Part shown: in pieces, positions 10,669-19,303 of the stretch
Layout of the letters: every line of letters starts with the position of its first letter
Position numbering within the stretch: position 1 is the first letter of the stretch
Assembly: GCA_964618265.1 (NCBI GenBank)
Contig: CAZUAE010000002.1
Coordinates: 71,520 to 135,519 of the forward strand
From: an uncultured Spirochaetales bacterium
GTDB lineage: Bacteria > Spirochaetota > Spirochaetia > CAYLLE01
DNA length: 64,000 nucleotides
Direction of reading: 5' to 3'
Made by a program: the position numbers and the translations under genes
The notes under the pieces: generated by a model
What the model was told of the DNA's origin: nothing
Seen by the model: only the letters and a program-made list of their open reading frames with translations
Databases searched by the model: none

Positions 10669-11511
10669 TCAGCTGTAAATATATTCTTTTATTTCACCGG
10701 CATGTTTTTTCAATTTCCGAATAGCACGCATTTCAATTTGCCGGACAGTTTCAGGAGATATACCCATCTCATCACTTATCCGTTTTAACGTATATTTCTT
10801 ACCTCCCTCTATAGCGTATCGGTAGAGGAGTATCTTCCTTTCCCGATCCATAAGATGGCGTAGAAAATGAAGGGTTTCATCCTGCATAGATTTCTGCATA
10901 AACTCGGTATCCGGAGAATATGAATAATCTTCAAAAATATCATGAAGAGTTCCGGAATCATCGTTTATTTCAGTGTCCAAAGAAACAGGATTAAAGGATA
11001 TATTAATTATTTCTAATACCTCATCCGTATCCATACCAACATACTCTGCCAATTCTTCAATTGACGGTTTCTTCATATCTCGCTGATTCAATGTTATAAA
11101 GGCCTTTTGTATCTTTCTTAACATTTCTTCTTTACGGTGGGGTAAACGTATCGGTCTCCGTTTGTTCGATAACGATCTAGAGATAGATTGTTTTATCCAC
11201 CAAGACGCATAGGTACTGAACCGGACATTCTTTCTGTAATCATACTTCGAAGCAGCTTTTATTAATCCGATATTTCCCTCCTGAATGAGATCTAGAAATG
11301 CTACATCTTCATTCATGTAGGCCTTAGCTATTTTTACAACTAAACGAAGATTAGCTTCTACCAGCCTCTCCTTAGCTTTTAAATCCCCTTTCATAATTCT
11401 TCTTGATAATTCTCGTTCTTCTTCGAAGTTTAACAGGGGTGACTTTTTTATCTGGGAGAAATACATTTTTAATGCATCATCATATTTTTTCTTGGTTTTT
11501 GGTCTTTCCAT
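10669..11511 (-). CDS. Alternative sigma70-family factor lacking region 1.1 (RpoS/group-2-like)
   Basis: Region 1.2 DALKMYFSQI, region 2 ANLRLVV and DLIQEGNIGL..FSTYASWWIKQ, region 4 ISPETVRQIEMRAIRKL. An SD (GGGAGG) sits 6 nt before the ATG at 11511. Confidence 0.9.
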   Translation of the reverse strand: MERPKTKKKYDDALKMYFSQIKKSPLLNFEEERELSRRIMKGDLKAKERLVEANLRLVVKIAKAYMNEDVAFLDLIQEGNIGLIKAASKYDYRKNVRFSTYASWWIKQSISRSLSNKRRPIRLPHRKEEMLRKIQKAFITLNQRDMKKPSIEELAEYVGMDTDEVLEIINISFNPVSLDTEINDDSGTLHDIFEDYSYSPDTEFMQKSMQDETLHFLRHLMDRERKILLYRYAIEGGKKYTLKRISDEMGISPETVRQIEMRAIRKLKKHAGEIKEYIYS

Positions 11512-11539
11512 AATGAACCTCCCCATTCATGATTGTTAT

Positions 11540-11556
11540 AGCAAGAATCATACCAA
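11540..11556 (-). promoter_or_regulatory. sigma54 (RpoN) -24/-12 promoter of the sigma-factor gene
   Basis: TTGGTATGATTCTTGCT matches consensus YTGGCACGRNNNTTGCW with exact GG-N10-GC spacing, about 30 nt upstream of the start codon. Confidence 0.7.
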
Positions 11557-11648
11557 ATACCCATCAATTTATTATGATGATTTTATTCTATACAATATAA
11601 AGAAATATTTAATGTCTTATTAAAGCAGTATTATTTTTTCAGGATTGT

Positions 11649-11666
11649 TGTATAATTTTTTATACA
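11649..11666. promoter_or_regulatory. Palindromic TGT-N12-ACA site, candidate enhancer-binding-protein UAS
   Basis: TGTATAA-TTTT-TTATACA is a perfect 7-bp inverted repeat about 100 bp upstream of the -24 element. Confidence 0.5.
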
Positions 11667-11736
11667 GAGAAGAGTTTTTCATTACAATTATTACCACATT
11701 AGCAAGTTTCAGCGTCCACCTTTTCATCAGCTGGTT

Positions 11737-12030
11737 CTACTGATAAGCTTTGACAATCATTTCCGAGATGCCTAGTTGTGTATTCTTTGATATTGTTTTT
11801 GCATATTGATGATACAGAAGATCTTCAAAATAATCGTTACTTCCCTTACCTCCGAGGAGATTCGTCTTTTTTACTGTCTTCCTCATGGAATCAAGCATTT
11901 GTTTAATCAAAAGGGATTCAAATTCCGACGCTGCTTCCTTAACATCATTTGTATTGGATATTCGGCTTTCTTTATACTCTGGAATATTTCCTGTTGAATT
12001 ATTGAGAAAGGTTAGATCCGTTATATCCAT
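11737..12030 (-). CDS. flgJ: Rod-binding FlgJ N-terminal-domain protein (no muramidase domain)
   Basis: KEAASEFESLLIKQMLDSMRKTV...FEDLLYHQYAKTIS; 97 aa; directly downstream of flgG. Confidence 0.85.
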   Translation of the reverse strand: MDITDLTFLNNSTGNIPEYKESRISNTNDVKEAASEFESLLIKQMLDSMRKTVKKTNLLGGKGSNDYFEDLLYHQYAKTISKNTQLGISEMIVKAYQ

Positions 12031-12035
12031 CTACG

Positions 12036-12830
12036 TTACCTCTTAAGATTATTGGCGATACCTAACATAGTATCGGAAGTCTGTATTGCCTTTGAATTAA
12101 GCTCATATGCCCGCTGTGCCACAATCATATTAACCATTTCCTTTACAACAGCAACATTAGACATCTCCAAAAATTTATGAAGTGTCCTTCCCATTCCGTC
12201 AAAACTTGGTCTGCCTCCGATAGGATCACCTGAAGCTGAAGTCGTTTTGAATATATTTTCTCCAATCGCCTTGAGACCTGCGGGATTCACAAACCGGTAT
12301 AGTTCCAACTGACCCACCTGAATTGGTTCATCATTACCCGGCATCTTAACAGTTACTCGTCCATCCTGAGAAATTGAAACAGTATCCCGAAGAAAACCTT
12401 CCGGAAGAATGACGTCAGGCATGAGTCTATATCCGTCGGAAGTTACAAATTGTCCATTTGAATCAATTTTAAAAGATCCGTCTCGGGTATAACCATAACT
12501 TCCGTCGTATAAAAGAACTCGATAAAAACCTTCCCCTTCTATAGCTACATCAGAAACATTATCTGTGGCCTGAAGTGATCCCTGTGTATGTATTTTTTGG
12601 GTAGAACCAACTTTAACCCCGTGGCCCATCTGTACCCCTGCTGGAACAAGGGTCACCTCCGTTGCTGGAGTTCCGGCAGTTTTTAAAGTCTGATAGATAA
12701 GATCTTTAAACTCGGGCCTATTTTTCTTATAACCTACGGTGTTCACATTTGAAAGGTTGTTTGAAATGGTATCGATGTTGTACTGCTGACCAATCATCCC
12801 GGTTGCTGCTGTCCATAATGATCTCATCAT
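12036..12830 (-). CDS. flgG: Flagellar basal-body rod protein FlgG
   Basis: MMRSLWTAATGM, ISNNLSNVNTVGYKK, YTRDGSFKID, LEMSNVAVVKEMVNMIVAQRAYELNSK. Confidence 0.97.
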   Translation of the reverse strand: MMRSLWTAATGMIGQQYNIDTISNNLSNVNTVGYKKNRPEFKDLIYQTLKTAGTPATEVTLVPAGVQMGHGVKVGSTQKIHTQGSLQATDNVSDVAIEGEGFYRVLLYDGSYGYTRDGSFKIDSNGQFVTSDGYRLMPDVILPEGFLRDTVSISQDGRVTVKMPGNDEPIQVGQLELYRFVNPAGLKAIGENIFKTTSASGDPIGGRPSFDGMGRTLHKFLEMSNVAVVKEMVNMIVAQRAYELNSKAIQTSDTMLGIANNLKR

Positions 12831-12845
12831 ATCTTTTTATCTCCC

Positions 12846-13694
12846 TTATACCTTCATCGTTTCGTTTATCAGCCTGCCGGCTAAACTATCCTGGGTCTGA
12901 ATTACCTTTTGATTTGCCTCGTATGTCCGGTTTACTTCAATCATTTTAACCATTTCTTGCACAGGATTTACATTTGCTCCCTCTAGAAAGCCTTGATGAA
13001 TCTTTGGTCTATTTTCACCTTCCGCGCTGAAGGCATCACCGGAATATTCTGTTGAACGCCACAGGGAATCCCCCTGCTTTTTCAAATACCGAGTCCGTTT
13101 GAAGTCCGTCAACTTCAATCGGTCAAGTAATTCCGCTTGCTCCCAATCATTTTCTAAAGATGAGACAAGCCGGGCGGGGTCCTCTGCATATAAAGGGTTT
13201 ATAAATATCTTCCCATCCTGATCAATTTTAAAATTGTTTTCCTTTAGCTGGATAGTACCCTTCTCTCCCAGTACGGGGTATCCTTGGCTGGTAACTAAAA
13301 TGCCATTGGGATCCAACGTGAATTCTCCGTTTCGGGTGTATCTCTCCCCGTAAGGAGTCATAACCGCGAAAAAACCTTTCCCTTCAAGGGCTAAATCAAA
13401 ATCGTTTTCTGTGATTTTCAAGGAACCTTGACTAAACTGTGTATACACCTCATTGGTTTCCACGCCTGTACCAAGTTTTCCCACAACAGGAGCTAAATCA
13501 ACAGAACCAAAGGGAAATTTTTTTACACCGTTATCGTTCATCCTTCTTAAGAGTAATTCGGGAAACGCCTTTTGCAGTGTTACATCTTTTTTATAGCCCG
13601 TTGTATCCACATTCGCGAGATTATTGGATATTACATCAAGCCTGTTCATTTGAGCAAGCATTCCACTCGCTCCGGTGTATATTCCTCTTATCAT
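12846..13694 (-). CDS. flgF: Flagellar rod protein FlgF/FlgG-like paralog
   Basis: MIRGIYTGASGM, ISNNLANVDTTGYKKD, YTRNGEF, LEGANVNPVQEMVKMIEVNRTYEANQK. Confidence 0.8.
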   Translation of the reverse strand: MIRGIYTGASGMLAQMNRLDVISNNLANVDTTGYKKDVTLQKAFPELLLRRMNDNGVKKFPFGSVDLAPVVGKLGTGVETNEVYTQFSQGSLKITENDFDLALEGKGFFAVMTPYGERYTRNGEFTLDPNGILVTSQGYPVLGEKGTIQLKENNFKIDQDGKIFINPLYAEDPARLVSSLENDWEQAELLDRLKLTDFKRTRYLKKQGDSLWRSTEYSGDAFSAEGENRPKIHQGFLEGANVNPVQEMVKMIEVNRTYEANQKVIQTQDSLAGRLINETMKV

Positions 13695-13728
13695 CAAATG
13701 CCTCCTGCGGCTTTGTCACTCTCTTCTA

Positions 13729-13755
13729 TTATCGGTTACGGGTATAAACAATTTA
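13729..13755 (-). promoter_or_regulatory. sigma28 (FliA) promoter for flgF-flgG-flgJ
   Basis: TAAA-N15-ACCGATAA against consensus TAAA-N15-GCCGATAA. Confidence 0.75.
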
Positions 13756-13812
13756 GGAGATATAAATTGATTGTGATTGTTTTTCAACTGCCTTTTTACT
13801 CATGTCATGCCT

Positions 13813-13897
13813 GGAATTCTCATTTTATTCGATTGGGTTACGGATTTTCTTTTAAAATCATGCCTCTTTCTGCCTACAGGTATAAAATGAGAATTCC
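13813..13897 (+). repeat. Dispersed repeat, module C only (85 bp, terminal inverted repeats)
   Basis: GGAATTCTCATTTTAT ... ATAAAATGAGAATTCC, a perfect 16-bp inverted repeat. Confidence 0.9.
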
Positions 13898-13958
13898 TCT
13901 TAAGTGTTCATTTAATCTTGAATTTAACCATGTTTTAGGTGTATGTTTTAAATCCGAC

Positions 13959-14031
13959 GCCAGGATAGCTCAGTCGGCAGAGCGGCTCACTCGTAATGAG
14001 CAGGTCCGGGGTTCGAATCCCCGTCCTGGCT
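13959..14031 (+). tRNA. tRNA-Thr (anticodon CGU)
   Basis: GCCAGGA..TCCTGGC-T acceptor; anticodon arm GCTCA-CT-CGT-AA-TGAGC; TTCGAAT T-loop. Confidence 0.97.
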
Positions 14032-14104
14032 ATTCACATTTCCTTTTACGGCTTTTCGTGAGAATCATGCCTCTTTCTGCCTAAAGGTATAAAATGAGAA
14101 TTCC
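14032..14104 (+). repeat. Dispersed repeat, module C with the left arm eroded
   Basis: TTTTACGGCTTTTC...AATCATGCCTCTTTCTGCCTAAAGGTATAAAATGAGAATTCC, near-identical to the right half of 13813-13897. Confidence 0.85.
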
Positions 14105-14207
14105 TCTTTCTATCTGTCCGTCACTATACAAATGATATATTATTCGATACCCTGTCTGAAGGATTTATAGGACCATAACTATGAAACTATAATTTGAAAG
14201 GTTATTT

Positions 14208-16664
14208 ATGTCGAATCAACAGGAAAAACAAAAACCTCAATTGGGGATGATCAGAAAGTTAAAAAATCTACCGGAGCTTACGCTACCCCCTGAATATGAG
14301 TTGAGGCATTATGAACCTGGCGATGAAAGTGCGTGGAAAAGGATAATATCCGCATCTTTTAAGAAGGAAGATATTGATTTCCAGAAGATGATGAGAACAG
14401 ATTATCCATACCGGCCCGAAAGAATCCTCTTCATTACCCGTAACAATATACCGGTGGCAACAGCTTCGGCATGGTATCGGCCAAAATGGGGAAAAAACTC
14501 GGGATATCTTCATATGGTAGGAGTACTGCCGGATCATTCAGGTAAGAAACTGGGCTTCATGGTGAGTCTCGCCGCTCTTTATCACATGATGCGGGAAGGC
14601 AAAAAAGAAGCTGTGCTTCATACCGATGATTTTCGTATACCCGCTTTGAAGACTTATCTCAAATTGGGTTTCAGTCCTCTTCTCTTTCACGAGAATCACC
14701 GCGAACGATGGCCTAAAATCTTCGATAAAATTGGAAAACCTGGATTAAAAGATGAGTTCTCCGATCTATTATCCGGACCTTTATTTGAACCGATGGAGGA
14801 AAAACCTGATTCCGATTCTCCCGATAAATACCGGTTCTGTCATAAATGGTATACGGAACGTCCCCATAAACTTGGAACGGGGAATACAGATTCCTTAGGA
14901 GATGAGTCGCTCTATAAACCCTCCCTTTTAGGAACTGCCAGGGTAAAACCGGAGACAATTGAAGCTGCGGCAAAGGCTTCTCTAAAGCTGATATACACCG
15001 CAGGGACAGCCGGTATACGGGAAGGAAGCAGAATTATCTTTTATATGGGAGGTCAACGGCCTTTGGTTGGAGGAATACAGGATATATCTATAGAGGATAA
15101 TTTCGATATGATTTTTAATCGCATCAAATTGGAACCTGTACATGTCCAAGGACCATCTTCTGTAGACCTGGAAGTTTCTGATAAAACGGCGAAACAGGTG
15201 GTAGTAAGCCTTAAAAAAGGCAATTTAAAGAAGGGAGACACAATAATAGTTGATGCCGGTCCTGATTCAGGATTTCCATGGACCCCCTTGGCTGGAAGGT
15301 ACGAAATAAAGGTGATTTTTGATACCGGTGATAATATTCCTCAGAGACGTTTGCCGGAACCATTAGTTATAGAGGTTTTACCAACGCAAGAAGATCACCT
15401 TGAAACAACTGTTAGCTGCACACATGGCACCACAGAAAGCCTTAAAGTTCACACTACTCTTCGTGATAAGTTTGATAACCGTGTACCGTTGGATGGCACG
15501 GTAGAACTGTCATCGGGTGACAGAAAAAAGTCTGTACCAATGAAAAATGGATTGTGTGAAACATTTTGGAAAAATGAGAATTTAACTTCGTTTAATATTC
15601 AAGCGGTACACAAAGAATCTAAGTTACGCTGCTCATCCAATCCTTCCATCCCAACTAAAGGAATGAACCTATATATTGGTGACCTTCATGTTCACGATTT
15701 CATGAGCGCCGCCCATGGATACACCGATGATATTTATCGATGGGCGAAAGAAGATCGGAATTTTGATTTCGTATCCATTCCTGTTCAGTTACATGGATGG
15801 TTAGACAATGAAAAATGGACTATAGCTAAATTTATGAATGAACGTTTTTTGGATGAAGGAAATTTTGTTACCTTTCTGGCAAATGAATGGCAGCACACAG
15901 GATATGCCGATAAGGTTATACATTTTTTAGGAGGAGATCAGCCGTACTTCTGCGTAGACGATAACCGGTACAGTAATGCCGCTAAACTCTACGAAGCAGT
16001 TCGGGGAAGTGACGCCCTTATCATCAGCCATCACTGCTCGTATCCTCCTGGAAGCTGGTGCTCCCGCACCGATTTTGAGGTAATAGAAACAGATGTAGAA
16101 CGCTTGGTAGAACTGTGGTCTATGCATGGCAGCTCCGAAGGTTTTGATACTCAAGACCGACCGCTCAGGAAGATGGATCCCGACAACACAGTACTAGCCG
16201 CACTTCGCAGGGGCTTACGAGTAGGTTTTGTAGGAGGATCGGATACGCATAGCGGCCGTCCGGGCGGATCAGCAAAGGAACCCTACCCTTACTGGGGAGG
16301 TATAGCCGCGGTATGGGCAAAATCTCTTACACGACGGGATTTATTCGAAGCGCTCTATGCCAGAAGGACCTATGCTTTAACAGGCGCCCGTATAGTCCTT
16401 AGAATGACTGTAAACGGAAGCCCCATGGGTTCGGAATTACCCGCAACAGATAGAGTAGATATTGCCATAGATGTTTGGGCTCCGGAAAGAATAAAATCTG
16501 TACAGATAATGAAAAACGGTATGCTGTATGATGAACATAGGGGAACCGGTAAGGAATTTCATCTTGAACGGGATGATACTGCCGGCGGAACCGCTTTTTA
16601 TCATTGCAGGGTACAACAGGAGGATGGTCATCTTGCTGTATGTTCACCGGTTTGGATTGGGTAA
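14208..16664 (+). CDS. Fusion protein: N-terminal GNAT acetyltransferase and C-terminal DUF3604/CehA-McbA-like PHP metallohydrolase
   Basis: GNAT motifs GYLHMVGVLPDHSGKKLG and LHTDDFRIPALKTYLKLGF. Metallohydrolase motifs GDLHVH, NEW, SHH, VELWSMHG and GGSDTHSG. Confidence 0.7.
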   Translation: MSNQQEKQKPQLGMIRKLKNLPELTLPPEYELRHYEPGDESAWKRIISASFKKEDIDFQKMMRTDYPYRPERILFITRNNIPVATASAWYRPKWGKNSGYLHMVGVLPDHSGKKLGFMVSLAALYHMMREGKKEAVLHTDDFRIPALKTYLKLGFSPLLFHENHRERWPKIFDKIGKPGLKDEFSDLLSGPLFEPMEEKPDSDSPDKYRFCHKWYTERPHKLGTGNTDSLGDESLYKPSLLGTARVKPETIEAAAKASLKLIYTAGTAGIREGSRIIFYMGGQRPLVGGIQDISIEDNFDMIFNRIKLEPVHVQGPSSVDLEVSDKTAKQVVVSLKKGNLKKGDTIIVDAGPDSGFPWTPLAGRYEIKVIFDTGDNIPQRRLPEPLVIEVLPTQEDHLETTVSCTHGTTESLKVHTTLRDKFDNRVPLDGTVELSSGDRKKSVPMKNGLCETFWKNENLTSFNIQAVHKESKLRCSSNPSIPTKGMNLYIGDLHVHDFMSAAHGYTDDIYRWAKEDRNFDFVSIPVQLHGWLDNEKWTIAKFMNERFLDEGNFVTFLANEWQHTGYADKVIHFLGGDQPYFCVDDNRYSNAAKLYEAVRGSDALIISHHCSYPPGSWCSRTDFEVIETDVERLVELWSMHGSSEGFDTQDRPLRKMDPDNTVLAALRRGLRVGFVGGSDTHSGRPGGSAKEPYPYWGGIAAVWAKSLTRRDLFEALYARRTYALTGARIVLRMTVNGSPMGSELPATDRVDIAIDVWAPERIKSVQIMKNGMLYDEHRGTGKEFHLERDDTAGGTAFYHCRVQQEDGHLAVCSPVWIG

Positions 16665-16674
16665 AACTGATTTA

Positions 16675-16899
16675 TCACTTTGAGAAGATATCGTTATATA
16701 TTTCTATTATTCTATCTTTATACGCCGCAGGCGCTTCGATTCTACCCCACCCTTTCTGCATCTGCCACAATCCGTCGTATGCGGAATCATGGTAACTTCG
16801 AAGCATGTGTGGTATTTTATTATCCTGCAAAACACCTTCAATTCTACGTGCTTCAACTTCATTTTCCACGGTTAAGATCGGTTCAAATTTTTTTTCCAT
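16675..16899 (-). CDS. DUF2007-like small putative signal-transducing protein
   Basis: VENEVEARRIEGVLQDNKIPHML..SAYDGL..GWGRIE pattern; 74 aa. Confidence 0.65.
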   Translation of the reverse strand: MEKKFEPILTVENEVEARRIEGVLQDNKIPHMLRSYHDSAYDGLWQMQKGWGRIEAPAAYKDRIIEIYNDIFSK

Positions 16900-16983
16900 A
16901 TATACGTTAATTTTATTTCATTCCCGGAAAAATCGGCTGAGAGTAATGGCCGATTTCCGGTAGATTTATCAAAAAAATATAGT

Positions 16984-17028
16984 AATTCTCACTTTGCAAT
17001 TAAGAATTGCCTCTTTACTAATGTAAAG
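16984..17028 (+). repeat. Dispersed repeat, degenerate modules A+B
   Basis: AATTCTCACTTTGCAATTAAGAATTGCCTCTTTACTAAT against AATTCTATATTTGCAATTTAGAATTGCCTTCTTACTAAT at 20173. Confidence 0.7.
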
Positions 17029-17044
17029 CTTGGAAGATATCTAA

Positions 17045-17257
17045 TTATTGAAAAATGGTTGGTTTGTTTTGTATCCTTCCTATTTCCTGTGCAATTTTTT
17101 CATTATTTTTCTGAAAAAGTTCTGTAATTGCTTCTACAATGCGGTCTGCATCAACGGGTTGTCCTTTCTGGAAGGCTTTTCCCAGTATAGATACCATCTC
17201 TTCACGGGTTAAACCCGCGGATACATTTTGATTTTCCTTAGTCGGTCCAATAGCCAT
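17045..17257 (-). CDS. Small hypothetical protein (70 aa, helical)
   Basis: SD GGGAGA before the ATG and an upstream TTGATT-N17-TATATT promoter-like motif. No recognised family. Confidence 0.55.
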   Translation of the reverse strand: MAIGPTKENQNVSAGLTREEMVSILGKAFQKGQPVDADRIVEAITELFQKNNEKIAQEIGRIQNKPTIFQ

Positions 17258-17353
17258 ACTATCATCTCCCTTATTTCATTTTTTCCACCTCAATAAATGA
17301 GGTTATTCGCTTAAAATATACCTCAATGATTTCTTCAAATCAATGTTTTATTT

Positions 17354-17986
17354 CTATTCCTTACGTTTAGCGGAAACAAAACGCACAAAATCATTGATAT
17401 TCTTAACCACGATTTTATCATTAAAAACCTCTATGCGTCTCTGAGCTGCAAAATGGTTTACCACTTTTTGGGTATCCTCCAGGGACATTCCAGCCCAATG
17501 CGCGATTCCATCAATGGTTGTTTTGAAAGTACGTTCTCCGTCATCTTCCCCGGTGGCGGGTAATTCCTCGTTAAGCATCAAAAACACATCAGCAACTTTT
17601 GATTGCGCATCCGGTAACGTAAGTATCATGAACCGTCTTTTCTGGTCATATATTCTTTTTGTGAATAATTTTAAGAGCTTAAGAGCGATTTGCGGATTAC
17701 CCTTCATGAGGATTTCAAAATTTTCCCTGTTAAATTCTAGTGCTTTTACATTATCTAAAGCTATAGCATTGGCAGACCGCGGAGCTTCTTCAAGGATTGC
17801 CATTTCTCCGAATATTTCTCCCGGTTTCAAAATATCAATTGTTTTTTCAATATCCGCCATGATCTTTGATATTTGAACCCTTCCCGATTGAATCAGATAA
17901 AATGCATCTCCGGGTTCGTATTCACAAAAGATTATATCCCCAGCCTGAAAGGTAACGGCGAACCGTTCGAATACAGATAAATCCAT
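17354..17986 (-). CDS. Crp/Fnr-family cNMP-binding regulator
   Basis: FYLIQSGRVQI, GEIFGEMAIL..PRSANA (cNMP cassette), C-terminal HTH-like TIDGIAHWAGMS. Confidence 0.85.
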   Translation of the reverse strand: MDLSVFERFAVTFQAGDIIFCEYEPGDAFYLIQSGRVQISKIMADIEKTIDILKPGEIFGEMAILEEAPRSANAIALDNVKALEFNRENFEILMKGNPQIALKLLKLFTKRIYDQKRRFMILTLPDAQSKVADVFLMLNEELPATGEDDGERTFKTTIDGIAHWAGMSLEDTQKVVNHFAAQRRIEVFNDKIVVKNINDFVRFVSAKRKE

Positions 17987-17987
17987 T

Positions 17988-18986
17988 TCATCCTTCCTCG
18001 ATGGCTTTTAAAGCCTTGTTTGTTTTTCGCTTTAACCCTTCATCGGGAGACATAGAAATTATTTTTTTATAAAAACTGGCGGCTCTTGTAGTATCATCTA
18101 TATTACGATACGCCTCTCCAATGTAGAATAACGCATCAGGTAAATCCGGAATCTTAGGATATTTTTGTATTAAATTGGTATAGTGTTTTATACATTGATC
18201 ATATTTTTTCATTGAAAAAAGACATCGTCCGATTTCAAATAATGATTTGACTAAATATTCTTCGCTGGGCCCTGAGGCTATTATTTCTTTTAATTCTGCT
18301 ATAGCTTCGTTATATTTTTGCTGACTGAAGAGGCTTACAGCATTGTAATATTTTTTTGCAGTATCGGATAGTTCTTTTCCTTTTTTAGGTTTCGATGTAG
18401 GAGCAGATTGCTCTAAACCGGGGATGTTTGGTCCTTTGCCGGATCCGTATCTTTGCGAATATTCTTCTGCCTGTGACAAATAATTTGTTACTTTTTTTTC
18501 GTATCTACCTGTTGGGTAATAGGTAAGATAACGGTTTAACGCATATACAGCTTCTGGATATTTTTTCTTCCGGAGATAATATTCACCTATACGATACAAT
18601 CCTGTTTCAGGTTCAACCTGCTCCTCTAGTGTAAGAAGATTTCTTACGCGTTTATGGATTCTTCTTAATTGGTTCGAAAACACCTGTAACATTTTCATGA
18701 TGATTCTGGTTTTTTGACTAACCAAGTTTTCGAATTCCGGTACGGTAAACATCACAACCGATGAATCGGTGAGAACAATAGCATTTTCCTCTCTCTGATA
18801 TTTCCCTAAGGCTGATTTTACCCCGAAAAACTCGCCTGTTTGGATATAATCGTGTATTTCTTGTCCAGTTTCGATATCAGTGGTGGTAAGGCTTACTCTC
18901 CCAGTTTTCAGGATAAAAATCCTGTCGCTTATATCTCCCTTGAAATATATAACTGAGTTAGTCTTATACGTCATCGCTTTGGGCAC
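17988..18986 (-). CDS. Cyclic-nucleotide-binding domain plus TPR-repeat protein
   Basis: IFILKTGRVSL, GEFFGVKSAL..REENA. TPR repeats SLFEIGRCLF and ALFYIGEAY. GTG start. Confidence 0.8.
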   Translation of the reverse strand: MPKAMTYKTNSVIYFKGDISDRIFILKTGRVSLTTTDIETGQEIHDYIQTGEFFGVKSALGKYQREENAIVLTDSSVVMFTVPEFENLVSQKTRIIMKMLQVFSNQLRRIHKRVRNLLTLEEQVEPETGLYRIGEYYLRKKKYPEAVYALNRYLTYYPTGRYEKKVTNYLSQAEEYSQRYGSGKGPNIPGLEQSAPTSKPKKGKELSDTAKKYYNAVSLFSQQKYNEAIAELKEIIASGPSEEYLVKSLFEIGRCLFSMKKYDQCIKHYTNLIQKYPKIPDLPDALFYIGEAYRNIDDTTRAASFYKKIISMSPDEGLKRKTNKALKAIEEG

Positions 18987-19099
18987 AGTATAACTCCATT
19001 TTTTAAAACTCTACTCTTATATACGGATAAAATCAAGATCTTTTATTATTGACATAGATGAGGCTCTTTCAAAAATACCATTTTTCAGAGTCTCAGTAT

Positions 19100-19139
19100 T
19101 GAGCCGTTTTCAAAATTAGATAATTTTGAAAACGGCTCA
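19100..19139. other. Perfect 19-bp inverted repeat with a 2-nt spacer
   Basis: TGAGCCGTTTTCAAAATTA-GA-TAATTTTGAAAACGGCTCA. Confidence 0.9.
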
Positions 19140-19158
19140 GATATCTAAATATTTGCAT

Positions 19159-19294
19159 CAATTCTAAATATGCAACTTAGAATTGACTTCTTCCTAAGAT
19201 AAAAGGAGGAATTCTCATTTTATTCGCTTATTTTTATGGCTAATTATAGAAAATCATGCTGGATCTGTTGCCTGATGGAATAAAATGGTAATTC
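19159..19294 (+). repeat. Dispersed repeat, full copy (A+B+C), upstream of the PHP gene
   Basis: CAATTCTAAATATGCAACTTAGAATTG, then GGAATTCTCATTTTATTC (19208) ... ATAAAATGGTAATTCC (19294). Confidence 0.85.
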
Positions 19295-19303
19295 CTCAAA
19301 TAC

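Noticed and set aside
13572-14084. 170-aa plus-strand ORF in the track
   Set aside because: It runs across the antisense of flgF, a repeat copy and tRNA-Thr, so it is not a credible gene.
13959-16899. Integrative island at tRNA-Thr
   Set aside because: No integrase and no duplicated tRNA 3' end (attR) was found downstream. Only the accessory-looking gene content remains, and it is reported separately.
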